Source: Myxococcota bacterium (GTDB lineage: Bacteria; Myxococcota; XYA12-FULL-58-9; JABJBS01). Taken from it: 44,807 bases of DNA. The notes beneath the pieces are model-generated. The model was not told the origin of the DNA, made no database searches, and was given only the letters and a program-made list of their open reading frames with translations. The stretch is taken from NCBI GenBank assembly GCA_036339465.1, contig JAYZAY010000060.1:1-44807 (forward strand), in the 5' to 3' direction. Positions 17,429 to 26,708 of the stretch are shown in pieces; positions within the stretch are counted from its first letter, which is position 1, and every line of letters starts with the position of its first letter. The position numbers were made by a program, and so were the translations under genes.

Positions 17429-19294
17429 ATGCAGTCTGAAAATGTTATTCACCTTCTTTCTGAGTTGGTGATCGATCAAATTAAGGCGGGCGAGGTCGTT
17501 GATAGGCCTGCTTCTGTTATTAAAGAGTTGGTTGAGAATTCCTACGATGCCGGTGCGACGCATATTGAGGTCGACATAGAGGCCGGCGGGCTTGACCGCA
17601 TCATTGTTCGAGACAATGGGAGCGGAATGGGCGCTGACAATGTTACGAAATGCTTCCTGAGACATGCCACCAGTAAACTGCGGGGGCTCGATGATCTCAA
17701 TCATCTCGTATCTATGGGATTTCGGGGTGAGGCGCTGGCGGCAATCACCAGTGTATCAAAAGTACGTATTACGACTCGTTTGAAAGGAAGTGACCGGGGC
17801 TGCCGAATCAATTTAGAGGGTGGCAATCTTTTAGAGACAACGAAAGCAGGTTGTCCGGAAGGTACGACCATTGTGGTAGAGGACCTATTCTTCAATACAC
17901 CCGTGCGAAAAAAATTCTTGAAGTCTCGCCCGACCGAGCAGGCTCATGTTCAAGAAGCATGCATTCGGGTTGCATTGGGGGCAAGGAGAGGCAGCCTTAT
18001 TTTACGAAGTAATGGGCGACGCCTTCTCGATATTCCTAATGAGTGCAATCAACAGTTGAGAGTGGCTGCAGCCCTCAATTACCCGTCAAAAAAATTCTTA
18101 CCCCTGCTTTATTCCGACGAAGGGGTCCAGGTCAGCGGTTTTATTTCTCAGCCTGAGGTTTCGCGTGGGGACACTAAGGGTATTTGGACCTTTGTTAATG
18201 GTCGTTTTGTTCGAGACCGGATGCTACAACGTGCAATTTTGGACGCCTTCCGTGGTCGGTATCCCGATGGTCGGTATCCATTGGTGGTTCTCTATATCGA
18301 CCTCGAACCAGATTCCATCGACGTGAATGTACATCCACAAAAACTTGAAGTTCGCTTTGACGATGGTGCCACAGTCTTTCGTTGTATGAGTGCTGCATTG
18401 GCGAGTGTGGGGGATGATAGTCTTTGGAATCGTGGGCAATTTGAAGCACAGGAACATGAGCAGAAGCAAGGGGGGGAAGCGCCAGCAGAGCACCGGCGAC
18501 AAGTTCTGAAAGCGGTTCGTAATTTTTACTATCACGGTAAAGGACGGTCGGGTTCGCCAAGAGTGAAATCAGGCAAAGGTGGAAGTCGATTCAATGGAGA
18601 CAATAGAGAAGGTGACCAAAATTCTACGTTGCCTCTTTTTCGAGGTCCGAGTACCGAGCCAAAAATAGATTCTACTTTCAGGAAACAACCCAATTTGTTT
18701 CCTATGGTGATGCCGGAATCCGAGGGAGGGGGGCAAAGGGATGAAGAAGAGCGAGTCATTCGGTTGAGTTCTCGGCATAATTTGGTGAGTTTCAAGGCTC
18801 GCTATTATTTAGTTGATGAGAATAAGTTACGACGTGCCTACATATGGCGGTCATTTTGTGAGGGGTTCCCTTACTCTGATGCCAGTAGGGTCCAGCTAAT
18901 GCTGCCCTTGGTTCTAGAATTGTCCAAAGAGGCCATTCCTCTCCTTGATGAATATCCCAGCTTTCTCATGAAAATGGGTCTCGAATTCGATCAGGTCGGG
19001 CCCGCGCGCTATCTGTTACGTACCAATCCCCAGGGTATTGCCCTTAAGGAGCCGGAGATGCTCGAGCGTCTTCTTACTAAAATACCCTCTGTAGGGCCGT
19101 TGAGTGCGGATTTTGACTTGATGGAATTGGGGGTGTTGATCGCGGAGTGTGCCGATGTTTCAGGTGTACGTCATTCCGACGCAGAGCTGGTAGCGCTGGA
19201 ATTAAAGCAAGAAGGGTCGTCTGTCCCAAGTGAATTAAAAGGCCATCAACTCCTATCTGACGATATTCTCGAACGATTAATTCATTTCGATTAG
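17429..19294 (+). CDS. mutL: DNA mismatch repair protein MutL (degenerate C-terminal domain)
   Basis: GEVVDRPASVIKELVENSYDAG, DNGSGM, RHATSK, GFRGEAL, DVNVHPQK. Confidence 0.93.
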   Translation: MQSENVIHLLSELVIDQIKAGEVVDRPASVIKELVENSYDAGATHIEVDIEAGGLDRIIVRDNGSGMGADNVTKCFLRHATSKLRGLDDLNHLVSMGFRGEALAAITSVSKVRITTRLKGSDRGCRINLEGGNLLETTKAGCPEGTTIVVEDLFFNTPVRKKFLKSRPTEQAHVQEACIRVALGARRGSLILRSNGRRLLDIPNECNQQLRVAAALNYPSKKFLPLLYSDEGVQVSGFISQPEVSRGDTKGIWTFVNGRFVRDRMLQRAILDAFRGRYPDGRYPLVVLYIDLEPDSIDVNVHPQKLEVRFDDGATVFRCMSAALASVGDDSLWNRGQFEAQEHEQKQGGEAPAEHRRQVLKAVRNFYYHGKGRSGSPRVKSGKGGSRFNGDNREGDQNSTLPLFRGPSTEPKIDSTFRKQPNLFPMVMPESEGGGQRDEEERVIRLSSRHNLVSFKARYYLVDENKLRRAYIWRSFCEGFPYSDASRVQLMLPLVLELSKEAIPLLDEYPSFLMKMGLEFDQVGPARYLLRTNPQGIALKEPEMLERLLTKIPSVGPLSADFDLMELGVLIAECADVSGVRHSDAELVALELKQEGSSVPSELKGHQLLSDDILERLIHFD

Positions 19295-19425
19295 TGGGAT
19301 GAATGGGACTTTTGTCTTGGATGTCAGGACTGATATTTCTGGATCTTTGGCTCGGACTCGGGCAAGTCTGAGTTAGTCTGGTGCATGGTTTTACTCGTTC
19401 GTTTGGCGTGAGGAGGTGTAACTGA

Positions 19426-20469
19426 ATGAAGTTGACTCAATACTTATGGCTTCGCCAACTTTTCGATGCCGATAGTGGTACCTATACCTATCTTCTTTAT
19501 GAAACGAAAACACATGAAGCGCTTTTGATCGATACCGTGAAGGAGAGGTTCCTGCGAGATGCTAGATTAATTCATGAGCTTGGGCTCAATTTGCGTTTCA
19601 CTCTTGATACACATGTTCATGCCGACCACATCACGGCCGCGGGGATCTTTCGCCGCAATTTTGGCATTCAGACGATTGTTGGAGACCCTTTCCATGTGCC
19701 GTGTGCAGATCTTCACCTTAAAGATGGAGAGGAAATTCAACTGGGTCAATTCAAAGTCAAGGTGATCGCTACACCCGGTCATTCAGGCGGTTGTGTGTCC
19801 TATTTCGTGGAAGGGGCAGTTTTTACCGGAGATTGCTTGTTGATCCGACGCTGTGGGCGCACCGATTTTCAACAGGGAGATCCCACCCGGCTTTACCATT
19901 CAATTATGAACCAATTGTACTCTCTTCCTGATGACACCTTAGTCTTTCCTGGTCATGACTATGAAGGGCGTAGTTGTAGCACCATCGGTGAAGAGAAAAG
20001 TCACAATATAAGAATTCGGCACGATACTCCATTGAGTGATTTTGTGGGGACCATGGGGGCTCTGAATTTACCGAGGCCCAAACTCATGGACATTGCGGTG
20101 CCAGCTAATTTGGGCTGCGGTTTAGAGGATACCTCCAGTGAGCCTAGCGCGTTTTTTACGATGCGTGAGTTGGGCGAGATTTATGAAATTCTTCCCAGTA
20201 ACACCCTCCTTCTGGATTGCCGCACCCATGATGAGTTTACCGGTGGGCATGTTCCGGGGGCTGTTAATATTCCAATGGGGGAAGAGGAGGACCAATTAGA
20301 ACGTTTGTTGTCGCATTCTAGAATCATTGTTTATTGTCGCTCAGGTCGGCGAGCGCAGACGGTAACGGCGAATCTGGAGGGGCATGGATGTGAGAATGTG
20401 GTTTGCGTCGGCTCTTCTGGTATTGTGGACTGGGATGCAATGGGCTTACCTTCTGCTTCTGGAAAGTAA
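19426..20469 (+). CDS. Persulfide dioxygenase (ETHE1-like MBL) fused to rhodanese
   Basis: RQLFD...TYTYLL, THVHADHIT, TPGH, FTGDCLLIRRCGRTDFQ, PGHDY; rhodanese YCRSGRRA. Confidence 0.92.
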   Translation: MKLTQYLWLRQLFDADSGTYTYLLYETKTHEALLIDTVKERFLRDARLIHELGLNLRFTLDTHVHADHITAAGIFRRNFGIQTIVGDPFHVPCADLHLKDGEEIQLGQFKVKVIATPGHSGGCVSYFVEGAVFTGDCLLIRRCGRTDFQQGDPTRLYHSIMNQLYSLPDDTLVFPGHDYEGRSCSTIGEEKSHNIRIRHDTPLSDFVGTMGALNLPRPKLMDIAVPANLGCGLEDTSSEPSAFFTMRELGEIYEILPSNTLLLDCRTHDEFTGGHVPGAVNIPMGEEEDQLERLLSHSRIIVYCRSGRRAQTVTANLEGHGCENVVCVGSSGIVDWDAMGLPSASGK

Positions 20470-20498
20470 GAGACTTTAGCTTAGAGGGTGTTTTTGGC

Positions 20499-21302
20499 GT
20501 GGACTTTATCGGATACGGTGCAATATTTTTCGCGGGTTTGGCCATCGGCCTTTTTGGGGGTGGTGGCTCGATCCTTACCGTCCCTATTTTGGTGTATATT
20601 TTTTCTATTGCACCTGCCATGGCCACTGTCTACTCGTTGTTTGTGGTTGGGGTCGTTGCTTGTGTGGGGGCTGTGCGGCTCGCGAAACAAAACCTGGTGG
20701 TGTTTCGGGTGGGGCTTTATCTTGGGGGACCTGCAATTGTGGGTGTCGGTTTGGCGCGTCGCTTTATTTTGCCCAATTTACCGGAGGTGGTTTTTAATTT
20801 TGGCCAACTGACAGTCACAAAAGACTCTTTTATTATGCTTGTCTTTTCTCTGGTGATGGGGGCGGCGGCGATTTCAATGTTTCACAAACGAGAAGGTGGT
20901 GGATTGTTGAACCAACAAGAAGAAACAACTTCATGGGTGTTGATTCCTGGGGGATTGTTGATTGGTGTGGTGACTGGGTTTGTAGGGGCAGGCGGTGGAT
21001 TCTTATTGGTTCCCGTACTCAATAATTGGGTCGGTTTGCCCATTAAGAGGGCGATTGGGACGTCCATGATGATTATATTCATGAAATGTCTTCTGGGATT
21101 TCTGATGGACGGTCAGGCCATGATGACGGACTGGCTCTTTATGGGAAAGATCTTACTGAGCGCGTTGAGTGGGATGTTTGTGGGCACTTGGTTTGGGCAG
21201 CGCATTGCGGGCGCGACGCTTCGCCCACTTTTTGGGTGGGGGATTGCTTCGGTGACGGTTCTTATCTTGGTTCGGGAGTTGTTGGGGGTGATGGAATACT
21301 GA
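20499..21302 (+). CDS. Sulfite exporter TauE/SafE family protein
   Basis: GLFGGGGSILTVPILVY, TGFVGAGGGFLLVP, AIGTS; multi-TM. Start GTG 20499 inferred. Confidence 0.9.
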   Translation: MDFIGYGAIFFAGLAIGLFGGGGSILTVPILVYIFSIAPAMATVYSLFVVGVVACVGAVRLAKQNLVVFRVGLYLGGPAIVGVGLARRFILPNLPEVVFNFGQLTVTKDSFIMLVFSLVMGAAAISMFHKREGGGLLNQQEETTSWVLIPGGLLIGVVTGFVGAGGGFLLVPVLNNWVGLPIKRAIGTSMMIIFMKCLLGFLMDGQAMMTDWLFMGKILLSALSGMFVGTWFGQRIAGATLRPLFGWGIASVTVLILVRELLGVMEY

Positions 21303-21304
21303 GA

Positions 21305-21763
21305 CTAAAGTTTTTTGAACATCTCTCGGTTGGTTTGATAGCCTGAACGCGTATAAAACCTAGTGGCACGAGTCGCTGCGTGTAGTATGGAATACCGGAT
21401 GCCCTTGGACCGGAACCAGCTTTCGCAAAGTGCGAGTAGTTTTTCTCCAATTTTTTTGCCGCGGTAGTCAGGATGCACAAACATTTGGTCCACATAACCA
21501 CAGCGGTTGTCTGCTCGTAGGCGAAAAATGGGATCTTCAAAAAGGATATCGCCCCGGCTAAATCCGATGACTGAATCTTCTAGGGTGACCAGAAAGATAC
21601 AAATTTCTTCTGAGTTGAGGGCTTTTTGAATATCATCGGAGAGTCGGATTTTAATTCCAGATGCGTCCTCTAAAGGGTCAAGCTCGTCAATAAGTTCCCG
21701 CATGAGGTTCACCACAACTTCATGATCAGAGGGTTGTGCTTGTCGGAAGCTTATGTCTTTCAT
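21305..21763 (-). CDS. GNAT acetyltransferase
   Basis: MFVHPDYRGKKIGEKLL (motif A), FYTRSGY. Confidence 0.88.
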   Translation of the reverse strand: MKDISFRQAQPSDHEVVVNLMRELIDELDPLEDASGIKIRLSDDIQKALNSEEICIFLVTLEDSVIGFSRGDILFEDPIFRLRADNRCGYVDQMFVHPDYRGKKIGEKLLALCESWFRSKGIRYSILHAATRATRFYTRSGYQTNREMFKKL

Positions 21764-21940
21764 TTGTTTCCTCAATGTTTAGGTGGGAAAGATGCTCCCA
21801 GACCACTGGTTTTGTTTTCTCATCCAAAACTTCACCAAGTGCGAACATCAGGGTATTGGGGCCTGGTCCCGCGACCAATCATAATATTGTTGGTTCAAAG
21901 GGATGCGTCGGCTACCGTTTTATTATCATAAGATGGTACA

Positions 21941-23125
21941 TTAAACCGTGAGATTCTCAACAATTATGGCTGCGGCTTCACCGCCGCCGATGCAGATTGA
22001 GGCACATCCATACTTGAGATTATTGCGCCTTAAATGGTGGAGTAATGTAACTAGAATTCGAGTGCCAGAACAGCCGATGGGGTGGCCTAGGGCAACGGCA
22101 CCGCCTTTTGGATTTACTTTGGCGGGGTCGAGTTTGAGGTCTTTGATGGATGCCATGGTGACCACCGCAAAGGCCTCGTTGATTTCCCAGGCATCAATTT
22201 GTGCCGCAGTCAGTTCTGCTTTCTCCAACGCTTTTTGAGCAGCGGTTACGGGTGCGGTGGTGAACCATTCAGGGTCTTGGGCATGGGATGCGTAGCTCAC
22301 GATTCTTGCCATGGGCTTGAGGCCCAAGTCTTTGGCTTTGGACGAAGCTGCTACCAGAACGGCGGCCCCGCCATCATTGAGTTTTGATGCGTTGGCGGCG
22401 GTGACCGTTCCGTCTTTTTGAAACGCCGGTCGAAGCTTTGCCATTTTATCTAATGGTGCGGCAAAGGGTTCATCGTCGGCGGTCACGGAAACCGGGTCTC
22501 CCTTTCTTTGGGGAACCAAGACAGTCGCCATTTCGGAATCGAAGAGTCCGTTCGTTGCTGCTTTTTGGGCGCGGTTATATGATTCGAGGGCGAAGGCATC
22601 TTGTGCTTCACGGCTAAACTCGTATTTACTGGCACAAAGTTCCGCACAATTTCCCATGTGCTTGTCGCCGTAGGGGTCCCATAAGCCGTCGTGCACCATG
22701 GAATCCACCATTTGGGTGTTTCCCATTTTATAGCCGTTCCTAGAGCCCATGAGAATGTGAGGAGATTGCGACATATTCTCCATGCCACCAGCCACCACCG
22801 TGGACCATTCACCGGCCTTAATACCGTTACTTGCATCCATGATGGTTCGCAGTCCGGAACCGCATACCTTATGGAGTGTGATGGCCCCAACGCTTTTGGG
22901 AAGTCCGGCATAAATCGCAGCCTGGCGGGCCGGCGCTTGTCCAAGGCCGGCTTGTAAGACGTTTCCCATGATCACTTGTTCAACCGTATCTCCAGAAACG
23001 TTTGCGGTTTCGAGACAGCTTTTGATAGCCACTGCACCCAAGTTTGGGGCGCTCACCCCCGAAAGGCTACCCATGAATTTACCAATGGGGGTTCTTTTCG
23101 CTGAGACAATAACGACGTCTTCCAT
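21941..23125 (-). CDS. Acetyl-CoA C-acetyltransferase (thiolase)
   Basis: RTPIG, KVCGSG, WEINEAFA, GHPIGCSG, CIGGG. Confidence 0.96.
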   Translation of the reverse strand: MEDVVIVSAKRTPIGKFMGSLSGVSAPNLGAVAIKSCLETANVSGDTVEQVIMGNVLQAGLGQAPARQAAIYAGLPKSVGAITLHKVCGSGLRTIMDASNGIKAGEWSTVVAGGMENMSQSPHILMGSRNGYKMGNTQMVDSMVHDGLWDPYGDKHMGNCAELCASKYEFSREAQDAFALESYNRAQKAATNGLFDSEMATVLVPQRKGDPVSVTADDEPFAAPLDKMAKLRPAFQKDGTVTAANASKLNDGGAAVLVAASSKAKDLGLKPMARIVSYASHAQDPEWFTTAPVTAAQKALEKAELTAAQIDAWEINEAFAVVTMASIKDLKLDPAKVNPKGGAVALGHPIGCSGTRILVTLLHHLRRNNLKYGCASICIGGGEAAAIIVENLTV

Positions 23126-23145
23126 CACCGTTCTCCTTGAGTTGT

Positions 23146-24888
23146 CTATTTAAAGATTTTGAAGTTGCCCGCTTCATACCGGGACCAGTAGTCGTTGAGG
23201 TTTGCTTTCACCTTGGGTGCTAGAATTAAGCCACCGACAATGTTTGGAAATGCCATGGATAAGATCATCAAATCCGAGAAGTCGATAACATTTCCGAGGC
23301 TGGCGATGGCCCCCAATACCACGAAACAAAGAAACATGACTCGGTAGACCATAACGACACCTCGTGAGTGTCCAAATAGGTAAGCCCAACATTTTTCGCC
23401 ATAATAGGACCAACTGATCATGGTGGAGTAGGCGAAGAGAAAGACCGAAATGGCCAGAAGATATGGAAACCAGCTGATGGTTTGCGAAAAGGCCCAACTG
23501 GTCATGGCCACGCCGTTGCCCGCTTCTGGGTTTTCGTAGGCACCACTGACGATAACCACGAGGGCGGTCATGCTACAGATGACCACGGTATCGATGAAGG
23601 GCTCTAGAAGTGCGACGACACCTTCTCGGACAGGCTCATCGGTTTTTGCCGCCGAGTGCGCGATGGCTGCGGAGCCGATACCGGCTTCGTTTGAGAAGAC
23701 GGCGCGTTTGATACCTTGGACTGCGACGCCGATAAAGCCGCCCACGCCTGCTTCGAAGCTAAAGGCGCTGCTTAAAATGGTACTGATGGCGGCGGGGATA
23801 TTACTCGCATTGGTGATGAGAATAACAAGTCCTGCTAAGAGGTAGATGCCGCACATGAAGGGAATGATTTTCTCTGTGACTTGGCCGATACGTTTGATGC
23901 CTCCGATAATGACGAGACCGACGAGGAAAGCCAGTACGAGACCGAAGATCCAAGGAAAACTTTCAGAGGACATCCCGAAGGTTTTCTCTGATATCTCTCG
24001 CGCCTGGTTGGCTTGGAACATATTACCGCCGCCAAAGGAACCGCCGATACAGAAGATCGCAAATATGACGCCGAACGCTTTGGCGATGAAGGGGGGGATA
24101 CCTCTCTCCCTTAAGCCTAAGTCTAGGTAGTACATAGGGCCACCGTGGATGGTGCCATCTGGATCAGTTTGACGGTACATTTGCGCCAGAGTGCATTCGT
24201 GAAACTTAGCGCTCATTCCGAAAAGCCCGATGATAATCATCCAGAAAACCGCACCGGGTCCCCCCGCGCTAATGGCTACTGCGACGCCCGCTATATTGCC
24301 TAAGCCTACGGTGGCACTGAGGGCGGAAGTGAGGGCTTGGAAGTGGGAGATTTCACCGGGGGCGTTTGGATCGTCGTATTTACCTCGGGTGACGTCAATG
24401 GCATGTTTGAAGGCACGGATGTTTAGGAATCGGTGATAGATCGTGAAGAAGATACCCCCAAAAAGTAGGAGCAACACAATGAGGGGCAAACCGATCTCAA
24501 CAACTTTATTTTCTGTGATTTTGTCGAAACTGACGGGTTCCCAGAAGAGGAACTTGGCCATAACGCCCACGATGCCGCCGAATTTGGCGTCTATTTTCTC
24601 GGCGAAGGTGAGCTCTTTGGGGGCCGGTGTTTCGGTGTCGACGGTGGTTGTAGGTTTGTCTTCAACCTCTTGTGCTTCCACTGCCGTTTCCGTGGCGGTG
24701 GTCGTGGTATTCGTTTTCGTTTGAGGGTCGGTGTTTTCAGCCACCGTACTCCCAGGGCCTTCTTTTATTTCGGCTTCTTTCGTTGGAGCTTGGCTATCGG
24801 CATTGTTTTGCCCCCAAGCGTTGAAGGCTGAAAGTAGGATAGCCAATAGACTGGCCGTTGTTATTGGGCGAAGACAAGCTGGATTCAT
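23146..24888 (-). CDS. Alanine/glycine:cation symporter (AGCS) with N-terminal extension
   Basis: [53 protein letters not shown]. Confidence 0.95.
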   Translation of the reverse strand: MNPACLRPITTASLLAILLSAFNAWGQNNADSQAPTKEAEIKEGPGSTVAENTDPQTKTNTTTTATETAVEAQEVEDKPTTTVDTETPAPKELTFAEKIDAKFGGIVGVMAKFLFWEPVSFDKITENKVVEIGLPLIVLLLLFGGIFFTIYHRFLNIRAFKHAIDVTRGKYDDPNAPGEISHFQALTSALSATVGLGNIAGVAVAISAGGPGAVFWMIIIGLFGMSAKFHECTLAQMYRQTDPDGTIHGGPMYYLDLGLRERGIPPFIAKAFGVIFAIFCIGGSFGGGNMFQANQAREISEKTFGMSSESFPWIFGLVLAFLVGLVIIGGIKRIGQVTEKIIPFMCGIYLLAGLVILITNASNIPAAISTILSSAFSFEAGVGGFIGVAVQGIKRAVFSNEAGIGSAAIAHSAAKTDEPVREGVVALLEPFIDTVVICSMTALVVIVSGAYENPEAGNGVAMTSWAFSQTISWFPYLLAISVFLFAYSTMISWSYYGEKCWAYLFGHSRGVVMVYRVMFLCFVVLGAIASLGNVIDFSDLMILSMAFPNIVGGLILAPKVKANLNDYWSRYEAGNFKIFK

Positions 24889-25055
24889 GGTGATTGGATT
24901 CCTTTCGCTCCTGGTGGTATGGCGCGCGAACCGGCGGCCATATATCAAAGTGAGTGGAGGAAACAACTCCCACTAAAAAACTGAAGCTTGGAACTCATTT
25001 GGTGCGGGTTTTTGTTGGTGGGTGAGATTTTACGTTAAATAATGAAAGACGAATC

Positions 25056-25084
25056 TTGACCTCTGAGAAATTGAAGGGTAAAGC
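25056..25084 (+). promoter_or_regulatory. Possible sigma70 promoter for tRNA-Lys
   Basis: TTGACC (25056-25061), 17-nt spacer, TAAAGC (25079-25084). Confidence 0.5.
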
Positions 25085-25097
25085 CAAGTCCTCGGGC

Positions 25098-25173
25098 GGG
25101 TTGTTAGCTCAGTTGGTAGAGCATCGGACTTTTAATCCGGTGGCCCAGGGTTCGAGTCCCTGACAACCCACCA
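25098..25173 (+). tRNA. tRNA-Lys(TTT)
   Basis: Acceptor GGGTTGT/ACAACCC, anticodon arm TCGGA-CTTTTAA-TCCGG, TTCGAGT, CCA. Confidence 0.97.
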
Positions 25174-25351
25174 CCTTTTATCTCCTCCACATCTTTGTCG
25201 TTAACATTTCGTCTTTGCGGCTGCTTTATATTCCCAGGCGGTTGGCCGAGGTTTAGTTGCTCGGTTCCGTTGGGGCTTAATGATCGGCTCTATCTTGTCT
25301 GTGAGTGCGTCTTAAAGACAATGGAGAAGAGGTCGTGGGGGTTGTTCTGAT

Positions 25352-26458
25352 CTAGGATGCTTCGGTGGAGGTCATCTGACTGGTGGTTTGTTCGAGGCTC
25401 AATTCACCCCACTGAAGGTCGCTGCTGGAACGAGAACGTTGCTTCTCTCGGCGGCGCTCGGATTGTTTTGCCACGAGATCATGATGGGTGGTGAAGTATT
25501 GGAGGGAGTGTCCCACCGCATCACTTAGGGAGTTGAATCCATGGGTTTGCAGGAATTTTCCGAGACCATCTTTGAGCTCATCTACCATTTTGAGACCCTG
25601 AAGCATGGCACCGGTACAGACTTGAACGGTGCTCGCCCCGAGGAGAATATATTCGATGGCGTCGTTAGAGGCGGTGACCCCGCCCATACCGGAGATGGAA
25701 ATACCGCTGATGTCTCGGGCCAGCTCCTGAACCATGCGCAAGCCGATCGGTTTTGTGCCGAGGTAGGAGTATCCCCCCGGTACAGAATGTCCTTCGACCG
25801 TTGGTAGAGGCTTAAGGGTCTTCAGATTGACCCCAATAACCCCTAAGATTGTATTGATCGCGGAGATCCCTTGGGCTCCACCGGTTTTGGCTGCCAATGC
25901 AGGTTTGCGAATATCTGTAATGTTGGGCGTCATTTTCGCCCAGACAGGGATGTTGGCCACCTCTGTGACCCACGAAGTGACGGTTTGAACGCGTTGTGGG
26001 TCCTGGCCCATGGCGGCACCCATGCCTCGCTCGGGGTGTCCGTGGGGACAAGAAAAATTGAGTTCTAGGGCATCGACCCCGGCTGTTTCGCAGCGGGATG
26101 CAAGCTCCTGCCACCGCTCCTTTTCGTAGCTTTCCATGATGGAAGCGATGAGTGCCTTGCGGGGATATTCGGCTTTAAGTTCGCGAAAATCTTTTTCCCA
26201 ATCTTCAAAGGGGCGATCACTGATTAACTCGATGTTTTGAAAGCCGATGACTTGCCCTGTGGTCGTTTTGAGCTTTTCGTATCTGGGCGTTACATTAATA
26301 ACGGAGGTATCGCTGAGCGCAGTGGTTTTAGCCACCACGCCCCCCCAACCGGCGTCGTAAGCTTTCTTAATGACTCGGGCGTTGGTTCCTGGAGGTCCAC
26401 TGCCAAGAACAAAGGGGTTATCGAAATGTACACCATCCACATCAATTGAAATATCCAT
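25352..26458 (-). CDS. preA: Dihydropyrimidine dehydrogenase FMN subunit (PreA/plant PYD1-like, no C-terminal 4Fe-4S domain)
   Basis: NPFVLGSGPPGTN, GWGGVVAKT, QNIELISDRP, ELNFSCPHG, WAKMTPNIT, TVQVCT; no CxxCxxC ferredoxin tail. Confidence 0.9.
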   Translation of the reverse strand: MDISIDVDGVHFDNPFVLGSGPPGTNARVIKKAYDAGWGGVVAKTTALSDTSVINVTPRYEKLKTTTGQVIGFQNIELISDRPFEDWEKDFRELKAEYPRKALIASIMESYEKERWQELASRCETAGVDALELNFSCPHGHPERGMGAAMGQDPQRVQTVTSWVTEVANIPVWAKMTPNITDIRKPALAAKTGGAQGISAINTILGVIGVNLKTLKPLPTVEGHSVPGGYSYLGTKPIGLRMVQELARDISGISISGMGGVTASNDAIEYILLGASTVQVCTGAMLQGLKMVDELKDGLGKFLQTHGFNSLSDAVGHSLQYFTTHHDLVAKQSERRREKQRSRSSSDLQWGELSLEQTTSQMTSTEAS

Positions 26459-26507
26459 GTTCATCCTCTTTTTGCCCCTATGGTTTATCTTGAAAAAACG
26501 GACGCGT

Positions 26508-26536
26508 AAGCTACAGGAAGACTGAGGATGAGTCAA
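26508..26536 (-). promoter_or_regulatory. sigma70-type promoter of preA
   Basis: On the - strand: TTGACT (26536-26531), 17-nt spacer, TAGCTT (26513-26508). Confidence 0.55.
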
Positions 26537-26558
26537 AAAGGTGTGGACTCCCGGTTTG

Positions 26559-26574
26559 TTGACTTATCCGTCAA
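26559..26574. promoter_or_regulatory. Palindromic operator TTGAC-N6-GTCAA (RutR-box-like)
   Basis: GTTGACTTATCCGTCAAC is an inverted repeat just upstream of the preA promoter. Confidence 0.4.
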
Positions 26575-26708
26575 CCAGCAGAGGGGACCTGCCTAGTTCA
26601 CCGATAATCGAAAAACCGATGACCGCTGACTGCGAAAAACAGAAAAATGACGGGTCGGTTTTAGGGGATAGGGAAAAGTAAGGATTTGGGGAAGAGGTAG
26701 AATTGGAC

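Noticed and set aside
25098..25351. Integrative element at tRNA-Lys
   Set aside because: No integrase and no duplicated tRNA 3' end (att site) found in the window.
26461..26531. 8-bp inverted repeat TCATCCTC/GAGGATGA that could mask the preA SD
   Set aside because: The distal arm lies in the spacer of the predicted preA promoter, so it would not be in that transcript.
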